Shown in pieces: positions 35,768 through 45,498 of a stretch of 64,000 bases of DNA. The stretch comes from an uncultured delta proteobacterium (lineage in GTDB: Bacteria; Desulfobacterota; Desulfobacteria; Desulfobacterales; UBA2156). The DNA lies in contig CAVTQK010000021.1 in assembly GCA_963736855.1 (NCBI GenBank), positions 687,464 through 751,463 of the forward strand. The letters run 5' to 3'. A model generated the notes under the pieces. It was not told the origin of the DNA. It did not search any database and saw nothing but the letters and a program-made list of their open reading frames with translations. The stretch's first letter is position 1. Each line of letters begins with the position of its first letter. Position numbers and translations under genes: made by a program.

Positions 35768-36961
35768 TTAGATAATCCCTCTTGTTTTCAGCCCTGCGAT
35801 GGCCTCTTGAGAATATCCCAGGGCCTCGGAAAGGATCTTTTGGTTGTGTTCCCCGAAGCGGGGAGGAAAAGACAATTGCCGATCGTTTTGCATCATAAAT
35901 TCCGTCAGGTAAGGGGACGGTGCGAGGGTGACGCGCATATCCGTGACAGGATCCTGAGTATACAGGAGACGGCGTTGCACCAGGGGATCTTCGCAGACCT
36001 CTTTGATGCTTTGTATCTTGCTGATGGGTACTGTTATGGCCTTGAAAAGATCGATCAACGCCTCGGAGGTCTGCTGGACGGTGACGGCCTCGATTTCTCT
36101 GTTGAGGCGCACCACTTCCTTTATTCGGCCGGCATTCTTCTCATACTCCGGCCGGTCCAGAACTTTGAAAATCTTCTGGGAGACCATGGATTTCCATTGG
36201 CGATCGTTTCCCACGGCCAGATAAATGTACCCGTTCTGTGTCCGATACACGGAAACCGGGGAAAAAAACTCGTGGGTGTTCCCTCTTCGGGCGATCCTTC
36301 TCTTTAAGATATCCCTCATGGTGATAGGAACGATGAGCCAGGAAACCGATGACTCAAACATGGACTGATGGATGCAGGAACCTTGACCGGTTTTTTCCCG
36401 GATTAAAAGCGCCTTCATCAGCCGGCCGTAGGAGTGTTCACTCGTCCCCATATCCGGCAGGGGGATCCCCGTCACCTGGGGGGGGCCGTCGGCTTCCCCG
36501 GTCATCTCCATAAGTCCGGATCGGGCCTGGAGTATGGGATCATAAGCCGCTTCGTTGCTTTCCGGACCGAAGCCGGTAACTCCCAGCCAGATGATATCCT
36601 TTTTAATGGATTTCAAAGTGTCGTAGTCGATGCCCAGCTTGGTGTAGCTCTTCGGGAGCTGATTGGTGGCAAAGATATCGACATTCAGTTTTTCGATGAG
36701 AGAATGAAAAATGGCCCGACCTTCCGCTTCACCGAGGTTCAGGGTCATAGATTCTTTGCCGGCATTGATGCAAAGAAAATAGGCATTCATCCGCTCTTCC
36801 CCCAGGATGTTCTCCCCCACCCATCGGTTCGGATCTCCGTAGACCGGGTGTTCGAGCCTGATGACCCGAATGCCGTCTTGGACCAGACGAAATGTCAGAT
36901 ACGGCAATACAGTGGCCTGCTCCAGAGACAGCATGGTCAGGTTCTTAAAAAGATTCATCAT
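35768..36961 (-). CDS. family III CoA-transferase (CaiB/BaiF family)
   Basis: 397 aa. Has MLSLEQATVLPY..., IRVIRLEHP and YFLCINAGKESMTLNL. Confidence 0.8.
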   Translation of the reverse strand: MMNLFKNLTMLSLEQATVLPYLTFRLVQDGIRVIRLEHPVYGDPNRWVGENILGEERMNAYFLCINAGKESMTLNLGEAEGRAIFHSLIEKLNVDIFATNQLPKSYTKLGIDYDTLKSIKKDIIWLGVTGFGPESNEAAYDPILQARSGLMEMTGEADGPPQVTGIPLPDMGTSEHSYGRLMKALLIREKTGQGSCIHQSMFESSVSWLIVPITMRDILKRRIARRGNTHEFFSPVSVYRTQNGYIYLAVGNDRQWKSMVSQKIFKVLDRPEYEKNAGRIKEVVRLNREIEAVTVQQTSEALIDLFKAITVPISKIQSIKEVCEDPLVQRRLLYTQDPVTDMRVTLAPSPYLTEFMMQNDRQLSFPPRFGEHNQKILSEALGYSQEAIAGLKTRGII

Positions 36962-37203
36962 ATTCTCTCCTTTCCGAAGACAAATAGCCTGGGCCGTGCA
37001 TTTTTCAGGATGTAGTCAAGTTCAGGTTCGGCCAGACGAAAATTGACCAGTATAAAAAATTCCCCAATCCAGGCGGAAACCATGTAAATTCACAGAAACT
37101 CCGGATAACTGATAAACTCTTCTTGAAATCGGATGGCTGTTTTCTGAGGATGCAATTCACTCCAGCGTTGCACCCACCAGGCGATGTTCATGGACTTGAT
37201 CAT
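36958..37203 (-). pseudogene. remnant of an AMP-dependent acyl-CoA ligase (N-terminal ~80 codons, internal deletion, in-frame TGA, 3' truncation)
   Basis: Reverse strand reads MIKSMNIAWWVQRWSELHPQKTAIRFQEEFISYPEFL*IYMVSAWIGEFFILVNFRLAEPELDYILKNARPRLFVFGKERI*. It matches the ...HPDKTAI...ISY... and ...PEFLE...G......N.RL...EL.YIL.... blocks of acyl-CoA synthetases. It ends inside the CoA-transferase start (ATGATG). Confidence 0.55.
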
Positions 37204-37210
37204 CGGTTAT

Positions 37211-37225
37211 TGTATACTGTATACA
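37211..37225. promoter_or_regulatory. perfect 15-bp palindrome TGTATAC-T-GTATACA, candidate GntR-type operator
   Basis: It lies 8 bp upstream of the ligase-relic start, in the divergent intergenic region. The GT-Nx-AC core is typical of GntR-family operators, and a GntR gene is in the cluster. Confidence 0.35.
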
Positions 37226-37425
37226 GATCAACCAAGTCAACTAGAAGATCTCTGCCTTACGGAAACGAGCGGGTTGACATTCTCCCCCGGCTCCCGTTAT
37301 GAAGCAAAAGACTTATTTTTTATGCGGTCGGAGCATTGAAGACACATATCCATCGTTCAGAACTATCGTTTGGCGTCTTTAAACAATGGCCCTGCATTGG
37401 GAGGTCGTTTTGAATAAGCGTCTTT

Positions 37426-38415
37426 GTGGGCATTTTCCACATGCAAAATCCAATTCATGACCAAATCCGCCAACGCGCGGCCGAATACCTGTCGGATTCC
37501 GCTACAGGCACCGAACTGAAAATCCTCACCGACACCAGTGATTTTTTCGCTGTGGACTATGGAACCGTCATTTTATTAAACACCAAAGGCTACCTGGTAC
37601 GTCAAAATGCCAAGGAGGGAAGGTTCGGCATCGACGAGCAAGAAAAATTCTGGGTCAAACGCGCCGTCGATCTTGAAACGGGGCAGCGAAAGATCATCAA
37701 ACTCGTTTTTCATGAACGTTTTACGGCCCACGTGGGAGACATTGCCTTCGAATGTTTTCGAAGCCCTCACAAGGAGGCTCGCATATTAGGCCTGGTGGGC
37801 TCCCACGCTAATTTCATGCACGGTTACGCCGCGGCCGATGATGCCGGGAACACGGTCCGCGTCATCGACTTCATCTACGGCAAACCCCTCTCCGCCTCGA
37901 TTGAAGAATTAAACTGCCCCCATGATGTTTTTTTTCATCAGCATTTTCCGGCTGTGCTGGATTCTTTTCTGGCATGCGTAGAAGCCATCCGCTTCCTTCA
38001 TGATCACGGTGAAAAACACGGCGATATTCGACGGGATCATATCCTCATCGATCATGAAAGCGGCATTTACCGTTGGATCGATTTCGATTTCAATTACCAG
38101 CACCGTGAAAACATCTACGGATACGATCTCTTCGGGCTGGGAAACATCCTGATCTTTCTGGTGGGTCGGGGTGATGTGCTTCTTCCGAATCTGAAAGTCG
38201 AGAATCCTCAGGCTTTCCACCATCTGAGAGAAGAGGACCTCAACATCGTCTTTCACCATCGGGTGGCGAATCTGAAAAAGATCTACCCTTACATTCCGGA
38301 AAAGCTCAACCGAATCCTGCTCTATTTCTCAAAGGGTGCCGGCCGATTTTACGACCATACACGACAAGTCCTGGAAGATCTCAACGACTATCGTGCAAGC
38401 CCGGGGAGCGCCTAA
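37426..38415 (+). CDS. protein kinase-like (ePK fold) protein lacking an obvious Gly-rich loop
   Basis: Has a catalytic-loop-like HGDIRRDHILID, a DFG-like IDFDF, and downstream YGYDLFGLGNIL. The start may be ATG 37441. Confidence 0.55.
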   Translation: MGIFHMQNPIHDQIRQRAAEYLSDSATGTELKILTDTSDFFAVDYGTVILLNTKGYLVRQNAKEGRFGIDEQEKFWVKRAVDLETGQRKIIKLVFHERFTAHVGDIAFECFRSPHKEARILGLVGSHANFMHGYAAADDAGNTVRVIDFIYGKPLSASIEELNCPHDVFFHQHFPAVLDSFLACVEAIRFLHDHGEKHGDIRRDHILIDHESGIYRWIDFDFNYQHRENIYGYDLFGLGNILIFLVGRGDVLLPNLKVENPQAFHHLREEDLNIVFHHRVANLKKIYPYIPEKLNRILLYFSKGAGRFYDHTRQVLEDLNDYRASPGSA

Positions 38416-38490
38416 AATGCACCGACTGCTTCCCAAAGTCTGTGCCGGTATACTTAAACATCCCGTCCATCCCATATTCAGGAGACGCCC

Positions 38491-38961
38491 ATGAATGCCC
38501 ATGACCGTTGCTACAACAAAAACGTTCTCATTGCCGTTGATACTTCCGAAAACGCCCGTCGTGCAGTGTGTTACGTGGCACAGCTCCTCGAAGGAAACGC
38601 TGCCTTCACCATCACCCTCATGCATGTGATCAATGAGCCGGAAGAAGACTATTTTTCAAGCCCCGTCGAACAGGCAAAATGGGTCCGGGAATACCGGCAA
38701 AAGATCGATGCCGTTATGAACGACTATGAGCAGATTCTGATTCAGGCCGGGTTCGCATCATCCGCCATCTTCAAAAACGTCTTCACCCGGTTCTGCCCGT
38801 CTCTGGCCGAATGTATCCTCACGGAACAGAATAAACTGGCCTATGACACTGTTGTGGTGGGACGCCAGGGGTTGTCCCGAAGCGAAGAGTTCCTTTTTGG
38901 AAGCGTATCGAGTAAAATCGTCACCCACGCCAAAAACTGCACAGTATGGGTGGTCTCCTGA
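38491..38961 (+). CDS. universal stress protein (UspA family)
   Basis: 156 aa. Has VLIAVDTSENARRAV and VVVGRQGLSRSEEFLFGSVSSKIVTHAKNCTVWVV. Confidence 0.85.
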   Translation: MNAHDRCYNKNVLIAVDTSENARRAVCYVAQLLEGNAAFTITLMHVINEPEEDYFSSPVEQAKWVREYRQKIDAVMNDYEQILIQAGFASSAIFKNVFTRFCPSLAECILTEQNKLAYDTVVVGRQGLSRSEEFLFGSVSSKIVTHAKNCTVWVVS

Positions 38962-39123
38962 CCAAAAGCTTCAGACCACGCCGTTTCATTCCATTGCAAC
39001 ATTTCTCCTTGACAAGGATTCTTTTCACTGGATACAGATGTGATTGTACCCGTGCCGTTTGGATTTTTCAGAAAAACCTGACGCCCATCATGTCTGACCT
39101 GCATACAAAAAAAGGAAGGTGCG

Positions 39124-41148
39124 ATGCACTTCGACACTCGGTTCTACCCTACCGCCTTTAATCCTTTGTTGATCACACCGTCCCGACCGCTTCCGAAAAA
39201 AATCGCCGTCGTCGGCGCAGGGACCATCGGTCCCGACATCGGCTATTATCTGAAAAGCGCCTTGCCTGAAAGCATCTTATACTTGGTGGACGTCGTAGAG
39301 GCACCCCTGAAAGCCGCTGAAAAGCGACTCGCCGGCTATGCGCAAAAAGCCGTCGAAAAGAAAAAGATGACCCCTGAACAGGCCCAGGCCGTCTGCGCCA
39401 ACATCGTCTATACCCTCGATTACGATCAGATCACAGAGTGCGAATTGATCATCGAAGCGGCCACCGAAGCCATCCCTCTAAAACAGCGCATCTTCGCCGC
39501 CATCGAGGAACGCGTCAAAGATACGGCCATCATCACCTCCAATACCAGTTCCATACCGGCGGACCGCCTCTTTTTACACATGAAGCACCCCGAAAGGGCG
39601 ACGGTCACCCATTTCTTCGCACCGGCCTGGCACAGCCTGCCGGTGGAAGTGATCCGCTGGGAACGGGTCAGCCCGGAGGTTTTGGATTATCTCTTCTGGT
39701 TTTTCGCAAAAACCGGAAAATCCCCTATCCTCACGGCCGACGCCATTTGTTTCGTGCTGGACCGCATCTTCGACAACTGGTGCAATGAAGCGGCCTATCT
39801 CTTAAACACAGCATCCGCCAGCCAGATCGACAAAGTGGCCGAGGAATTTGTGTTCGCCGGACCCTTTTTTGTGCTGAACATGGCCAACGGAAACCCCATC
39901 ATCATCGAAACCAACACCCTCCAAATGGAAGAAGGAGCCCACTATCTGCCGGCCCCGATCCTCACCTCAGTCGACCGCTGGAAGACTCACCGGCCGGGAA
40001 CAGAGGTTCGGATGTCTGAAACCGTCCTTCAACAGGTCCGGGACCGGCTGCTGGGGATCCTATTTTCCCAATCCTTTGATATCATCGATCGTCGAATCGG
40101 TACCATGGAAGATGTCAACTTCGGATGTCAGGTGGCCCTCGGATTCCGCAAGGGACCCCTGGATATCATGAAGGACCTGGGAGAGGAAACGGTGAACCGG
40201 GTTATGGAACGTTTCCGCACCGAAAGACCGGGGTTCCCCCAGCCTAAAAAACCTGTTTCGGCCTATCAGGATTTTCGCCGCTACATCCTCATCGATGAAC
40301 AGAACGGCGTGCAAATCCTGACCTTGCGCCGTCCCCAGGCCCTCAACGCCCTCAACGATGAGATATTGGATGAGCTGCTGAGCGTCCTCAGAATGGGTTC
40401 CGAGAATCCTTCCGTGGAGGGATTCGTCCTCACCGGGTACGGCACGGGGGCGTTTTCAGCCGGCGCCGAAATCGGTAAATTTCCACAGATGCTCGGCGAC
40501 AAAACCGCTTCCATGCAATATGCCAAAGACTGCGCCAAGGTTCAGCGGTTTCTCGATGGAATGGAAAAGCCCGTGGTGGCGGCGCTTAACGGCCTGGCCT
40601 TGGGCGGCGGCCTGGAACTTGCCATCCGCTGCCACGGCATCGTGGCCTTGAAAAACGCCAGGCTTCAGTTTCCCGAAATCACCCTCGGGATCCTCCCGGG
40701 CATCGGCGGCTGCATCGTTCCTTATCGAAAATGGCCTCAGGGAGCAACGGCTTTCAACGACATGATTCTTTCGGGACGGGCGCTCTCTGCATCCGATGCC
40801 GCCGGAATCGGCGTCGTAGACCATATGGCGGATACCTATCCGGAAATGATCCGAACCGCCGTTCAGATGGCAAGGACCCTTAAAGGCGCCATTCGTCGAA
40901 TCCCGGATGCCCCTGTCGATATGCCGGAGATCCGGATTCCGGAGCCGCCCGCGGCGGGAAATCTCCATTTGAGCAAAGAGGCGGTAGCCATTGCCGCCAA
41001 AACCATCCGGGAAGGGGCTGCCTGTTCATCGCTTGCTCAGGCACTGGAAAAAGGGTATGAAGGATTTGGGGAGATCGCCTGCACCCAAGCGGCCAAGGAA
41101 GGAATTTCCGCCTTTTTGGAAAAAAGAAAACCGTCGTTTCAGCGTTGA
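39124..41148 (+). CDS. fused 3-hydroxyacyl-CoA dehydrogenase (N-terminal) / enoyl-CoA hydratase (C-terminal)
   Basis: Has the NAD-binding KIAVVGAGTIGPDIG, then a crotonase fold (ALNALNDEILDEL, AFSAGAEIGKF, ALNGLALGGGLELA). Confidence 0.85.
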   Translation: MHFDTRFYPTAFNPLLITPSRPLPKKIAVVGAGTIGPDIGYYLKSALPESILYLVDVVEAPLKAAEKRLAGYAQKAVEKKKMTPEQAQAVCANIVYTLDYDQITECELIIEAATEAIPLKQRIFAAIEERVKDTAIITSNTSSIPADRLFLHMKHPERATVTHFFAPAWHSLPVEVIRWERVSPEVLDYLFWFFAKTGKSPILTADAICFVLDRIFDNWCNEAAYLLNTASASQIDKVAEEFVFAGPFFVLNMANGNPIIIETNTLQMEEGAHYLPAPILTSVDRWKTHRPGTEVRMSETVLQQVRDRLLGILFSQSFDIIDRRIGTMEDVNFGCQVALGFRKGPLDIMKDLGEETVNRVMERFRTERPGFPQPKKPVSAYQDFRRYILIDEQNGVQILTLRRPQALNALNDEILDELLSVLRMGSENPSVEGFVLTGYGTGAFSAGAEIGKFPQMLGDKTASMQYAKDCAKVQRFLDGMEKPVVAALNGLALGGGLELAIRCHGIVALKNARLQFPEITLGILPGIGGCIVPYRKWPQGATAFNDMILSGRALSASDAAGIGVVDHMADTYPEMIRTAVQMARTLKGAIRRIPDAPVDMPEIRIPEPPAAGNLHLSKEAVAIAAKTIREGAACSSLAQALEKGYEGFGEIACTQAAKEGISAFLEKRKPSFQR

Positions 41149-41177
41149 CAAAGAAAAGACCTGAAAGCACCCATTCT

Positions 41178-41210
41178 CTGTCGGCGAGCCGGCAGTGACG
41201 CGTTTATTTT
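41178..41210 (+). terminator. possible intrinsic terminator after the fadB-like gene
   Basis: CTGTCGG-cgag-CCGGCAG forms a 7-bp stem with one G-T pair, followed some nt later by TTTATTTT. The T tract is not adjacent, so this is weak. Confidence 0.25.
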
Positions 41211-41290
41211 CAATCCGTCGGGGGAAGGGTCGGTAGAACAAGCAAACATCGCCGACCCAATCAAGCACCATCGAATCAAAAGGAGGATTT

Positions 41291-42667
41291 ATGCAGGTCA
41301 AGAAGATTTTTTTACCCGAGTCTGAGTTGCCGCGTCAATGGTACAATATCGCCGCAGACATGCCTACACCCTTAGAGCCTCCGCTTCACCCGGGAACCGG
41401 GCAGCCCGTGGGACCCGACGACCTGGCTCCCATCTTCCCCATGCCCCTCATCGAGCAGGAAGTCAGCCGGCAGCGGTTCATCGACATACCCGAACCTGTC
41501 TTGGAAAAATACCTCATCTGGAGGCCGACTCCCATGTATCGGGCCTTCAACCTGGAAAAACACCTGGGAACACCTGCAAAAATCTATTTCAAAAATGAAG
41601 GGGTCAGCCCGGCAGGAAGCCACAAGCCCAACACCGCACTGGCTCAGGCTTATTACAATAAGATCAGCGGCACCAAGAAGATCACAACGGAAACCGGCGC
41701 CGGCCAGTGGGGAAGCGCCCTGGCCATGTGCTGCTGCCTCTTCGGACTGGAATGCAAAGTCTACATGGTGAAAGTGAGCTTCCAGCAGAAACCCTATCGC
41801 CGGCTCATGATGGAAACATGGGGCGCCAAGTGCATCGCCAGCCCCAGCACCGAAACCAATGCGGGACGAAAAATTCTTGAAAAAAATCCGGATTCCCCCG
41901 GTAGTTTGGGGATCGCCATCAGCGAGGCAGTGGAAGCGGCTGTCTTGGATAAAGACACCAAATACTCCCTGGGCAGCGTGTTGAACCATGTGTTACTGCA
42001 TCAAACCGTCGTCGGTCAGGAAGCCCAAAAACAAATGGCTCTGTTCGGGGATTACCCGGATGTCGTCATCGCCTGCGCCGGCGGCGGAAGCAATTTCGCC
42101 GGTTTGTCCTTTCCGTTCATCCGGGATAAAATCCACGGCAAGAAGGTGGAAATCCTTGCGGTGGAACCGGCCTCTTGTCCCACCATGACCCGGGGGCCCT
42201 TTGCCTATGACTTCGGCGACACCGTGCAGATGACACCGTTGTTGCCCATGCACACTTTAGGCCACGGCTTTATCCCTGAGCCGATCCACGCCGGCGGCCT
42301 ACGATATCACGGAATGGCACCGCTGGTCAGTCAGTTAATCCTGGACAAGCTGATCACACCGATCGCTGTTCCCCAACTGGAAACCTTCGAAGCAGGCCTG
42401 ACTTTTGCCCGGACGGAAGGTTTCATCAGCGCCCCGGAAACGAATCATGCGATAGCGGTGCTCATCCGCGAAGCCAAGAAGGCCAAGGAAGAAGGAAAAC
42501 AAAAGGTACTCCTGCTCAACTGGAGCGGTCACGGATTGGTGGACATGGCTGCCTACGAGGCCTATCTCACCGGCAGGCTTAAAAATTATGAGCTCCCGCA
42601 GGAAGAGATCAATCGCGCCCTGGCCGAAATCGCGCCCTTACCGAAGCCCAGACAGTACAAGAAATGA
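41291..42667 (+). CDS. trpB: TrpB-like PLP-dependent enzyme (tryptophan synthase beta, type 2)
   Basis: 458 aa. Has [33 protein letters not shown] (PLP lysine) and GGGSNFAG, typical of TrpB2. Confidence 0.85.
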   Translation: MQVKKIFLPESELPRQWYNIAADMPTPLEPPLHPGTGQPVGPDDLAPIFPMPLIEQEVSRQRFIDIPEPVLEKYLIWRPTPMYRAFNLEKHLGTPAKIYFKNEGVSPAGSHKPNTALAQAYYNKISGTKKITTETGAGQWGSALAMCCCLFGLECKVYMVKVSFQQKPYRRLMMETWGAKCIASPSTETNAGRKILEKNPDSPGSLGIAISEAVEAAVLDKDTKYSLGSVLNHVLLHQTVVGQEAQKQMALFGDYPDVVIACAGGGSNFAGLSFPFIRDKIHGKKVEILAVEPASCPTMTRGPFAYDFGDTVQMTPLLPMHTLGHGFIPEPIHAGGLRYHGMAPLVSQLILDKLITPIAVPQLETFEAGLTFARTEGFISAPETNHAIAVLIREAKKAKEEGKQKVLLLNWSGHGLVDMAAYEAYLTGRLKNYELPQEEINRALAEIAPLPKPRQYKK

Positions 42668-42731
42668 TAATCTCCTTTCGATCACGCCTCTCGGAGATGG
42701 TACTCCTCCGGGAGGCAAACGAAAGCCCGAT

Positions 42732-43016
42732 ATGACCCAAAAAATCACACCCCCTGAGGACGACTTCAAGATCCGCTGCCGAAAACTCGGTCATCAAATA
42801 TTCTTTTCATACTGCCGAAGTGAAAACCGGGGACTCCCCTGTCCCGAAACGATAGACTGCTGGCACATCCATTTCCAAGTTCAAAATTACCTGGAACAAG
42901 AACTCACTCCAGAGGAATGGAATAAGGCATTTGCCTCCCGCTCGAAGCCAAAAGTGATGACCCTATTAGACCTGATCGAACAAGCCAGGGCTTCAAAGGA
43001 AGAAGGATCCAGATGA
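42732..43016 (+). CDS. small Cys/His-rich hypothetical protein coupled to iorA
   Basis: 94 aa from ATG 42732 (MTQKITPPEDDFKIRCRKLGHQIFFSYCRSENRGLPCPETIDCWHIHF...). Its stop overlaps the iorA start as ATGA (43013-43016). Confidence 0.5.
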   Translation: MTQKITPPEDDFKIRCRKLGHQIFFSYCRSENRGLPCPETIDCWHIHFQVQNYLEQELTPEEWNKAFASRSKPKVMTLLDLIEQARASKEEGSR

Positions 43017-44869
43017 AAGAGGCGTTTTTGCTCGGAAACGGTGCCATCGCCCTGGGACTCCTGGAAGGCGGGTGCCAAGTGGTCACCTCTTACCCCGGAA
43101 CCCCCAGTTCGGAAATATTACCCGAGATCGTCCACCTGATTAATACCGAAAATCTGAAGACCTATGCGGAATGGTCCACCAATGAAAAGGTGGCCTTCGA
43201 CAATGCCTATGCCGCGGCCATTTCCGGGAAACGGGCCGCCTGCTGTATGAAGCAGGTGGGTTTGAACGTCGCGGCGGACTCACTGATGAGCGCCGCCTAC
43301 CTGGGCACCACTGGAGCGCTGGTCATCATCTCCTGCGACGATCCCGGTCCGCATTCTTCCCAGACCGAGCAGGATACGCGGATGATGGCACGGCTTGCCA
43401 AGGTCCCGGTGCTGGATCCCTCCACTCCTAAAGAAGCCCGGGAGATGGCAGCACTTGCCCTGGACCTCTCCGAAGAGTTCCGGATCCCGGTGATTTTAAG
43501 GCCCGGCATCCGGGTCTGTCATGCCAGGCAGAACTTTCAGTGGGAACCTCTTTCCATAAGAAACAAATCCGCAGTTTTTGAAAAGAACCCCGCACGGTGG
43601 GCGGCAACCCCCCGGTTTCGATACCTTCTCCATCAGGAGCTGAACCAAAAACTCATTCAAATATCCAAAAAATTTGAACGATTAAAAACTATTAACAAAC
43701 ATAACCTCATTAAAAACAGGAAATATCCTCTGGGGATCGTGGCGGGGGGTGTCCCCTATTCCATTGTTCGGGACCTTCTTACCGAAAATCAGCGGGAGGA
43801 TATCCCCGTCCTTAAACTGGGTGCACCCTATCCTTTCCCGGAAAAGCCGGCGAAACAATTCTTGAGAGCCTGTAAAAAAGTGCTGGTCCTGGAAGAAACC
43901 GATACTCTCATCGAATACTTCCTCAGGGATCGAAAAAAGGTCCTGGGGAGGCTTTCCGGCCATGTTCCCACGGAAGGAGAACTGGTTCCCCAGGCCATTT
44001 CGCGGGTGATCCAACGAGTCCTAACGGATCTGGGCATCGATCCGATGGAGGTCTCAGAAAACACCGAGGCTCAGGAGCTGGTTCGGAGTCTCAACCTTCC
44101 GATCCGAAAACCCACACTTTGCCCGGGTTGCCCGCATCGGGCATCCTTTTTCGCCATCCGCAAAGCACAATCCAAGGCGATCTTCACTTCCGACATCGGC
44201 TGTTACACCCTTGGCATGAACCTCGGCGCCGTCGATACCTGCCTGGACATGGGAGCCGGAATCACCATGGCCTCCGGATTCTTTCATGCTTTTGCCCAGG
44301 ACGGGGTCGAACAACCCATTGTGGCCACCATGGGGGATTCCACCTTTTTCCATTCAGGTACCGCCGGCCTTTTAAACGCAGTCTACAACGGGTCCCGGTT
44401 CATCCTGGTGCTGCTGGATAACGAAACGACGGCCATGACCGGGATGCAACCCACCCCGGCTCTGGGCATCCGTGCCGACGGAAGCCAAGGCAAATCGATT
44501 CCCCTGGAAAGGGTCGTAGCGGGTTGCGGCGTGGACTTCATCGAAGTGGTGGATCCCTATGACATCAAGGCCATGACCGCCCTCTTGAAGAAGGCTAAAG
44601 CGTACGTCACGAGTCCGGATGGAGGGATCGCCGTTATCATCGCCAGACACCCCTGCGTCATTGCCTATCGGGACCGGGCGATCCCGAAAAGAATACCCGT
44701 CACCGTCACCGACGACTGCGACGAGTGCGGGTTCTGCCATGAACGTTTCGAATGCCCGGCCTTATTCAAAGACCCGGAAATCGGACATACCGCTGTCAAC
44801 AAATCCATCTGCGCCGAATGTGGGGTCTGTATACAGGTCTGCCCCAAGGGCGCCATTGTGGGCGTGTGA
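43013..44869 (+). CDS. iorA: indolepyruvate ferredoxin oxidoreductase subunit alpha
   Basis: 618 aa. Has a TPP-enzyme N-terminus (LLGNGAIALGLLEGG..VVTSYPGTPSSE), a GDSTFFHSG TPP motif, and C-terminal 2x CxxCxxCxxxC. Confidence 0.9.
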   Translation: MKEAFLLGNGAIALGLLEGGCQVVTSYPGTPSSEILPEIVHLINTENLKTYAEWSTNEKVAFDNAYAAAISGKRAACCMKQVGLNVAADSLMSAAYLGTTGALVIISCDDPGPHSSQTEQDTRMMARLAKVPVLDPSTPKEAREMAALALDLSEEFRIPVILRPGIRVCHARQNFQWEPLSIRNKSAVFEKNPARWAATPRFRYLLHQELNQKLIQISKKFERLKTINKHNLIKNRKYPLGIVAGGVPYSIVRDLLTENQREDIPVLKLGAPYPFPEKPAKQFLRACKKVLVLEETDTLIEYFLRDRKKVLGRLSGHVPTEGELVPQAISRVIQRVLTDLGIDPMEVSENTEAQELVRSLNLPIRKPTLCPGCPHRASFFAIRKAQSKAIFTSDIGCYTLGMNLGAVDTCLDMGAGITMASGFFHAFAQDGVEQPIVATMGDSTFFHSGTAGLLNAVYNGSRFILVLLDNETTAMTGMQPTPALGIRADGSQGKSIPLERVVAGCGVDFIEVVDPYDIKAMTALLKKAKAYVTSPDGGIAVIIARHPCVIAYRDRAIPKRIPVTVTDDCDECGFCHERFECPALFKDPEIGHTAVNKSICAECGVCIQVCPKGAIVGV

Positions 44870-44884
44870 TACCAGGAAGAGAAA

Positions 44885-45466
44885 ATGGAGACCGTCAACT
44901 TCATACTGAGCGGGCTGGGCGGACAGGGAATCCTTTTTTTGACCAAGGTGCTGGCTCAATGCGCCCTGGATCGGGGAGTCCCGGTTTTAGGGGCGGAAAC
45001 CCACGGAATGGCCCAGCGCGGCGGGTCGGTAGTATCACATCTAAAAATCGGTAACGTGGAAAGCAGCCTGGTGCGTGAGGGGACCGCTCATTTTCTGTTA
45101 TCCCTCGAGGAAAACGAAGCCTACCGAGGCATCCCCTTTTTAGCCAAACATGGAAAGCTTTACGTCAACGCTTCCGGTGATTCCTTTCCGAAAGAGACCG
45201 TAAGGCTTTTCTTTGAAAAGATGAATATTGCCTTCCACGCGTTGCCTGTGGGAAAAATCGCCTTCGAACTGGGTGCGCCGCTCGCCGCCAACTCCGGACT
45301 TTTAGGGTTGTTTGCCGCCTTTGATGGCGTCCCCTTCGCACGGGAAGAAATCCGGGAAAACATTGAACGATTCAGCCCGAAACCGTTCCGAAGTCTCAAC
45401 GTGAAGGTCTTCGACTCCTGCCGGCAAAAAGCGATCTCGTCGGGGCTGACGAATGACCGGCTATAA
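44885..45466 (+). CDS. iorB: indolepyruvate ferredoxin oxidoreductase subunit beta
   Basis: 193 aa. NFILSGLGGQGILFLTKVLA is typical of the 2-oxoacid:ferredoxin oxidoreductase gamma-type domain. Confidence 0.85.
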   Translation: METVNFILSGLGGQGILFLTKVLAQCALDRGVPVLGAETHGMAQRGGSVVSHLKIGNVESSLVREGTAHFLLSLEENEAYRGIPFLAKHGKLYVNASGDSFPKETVRLFFEKMNIAFHALPVGKIAFELGAPLAANSGLLGLFAAFDGVPFAREEIRENIERFSPKPFRSLNVKVFDSCRQKAISSGLTNDRL

Positions 45467-45498
45467 ACGATCCGTCTTTCAACGCATCGGGAAAGGAA

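Noticed and set aside
37092-37094. In-frame TGA of the ligase stub as selenocysteine, and TAG at 59787 as pyrrolysine.
   Set aside because: I recognised no SECIS-like hairpin downstream of the TGA, and the gene is otherwise deleted and truncated. No pyl genes are in the window and the TAG context looks like a plain nonsense mutation. Neither can be formally excluded from this window alone.
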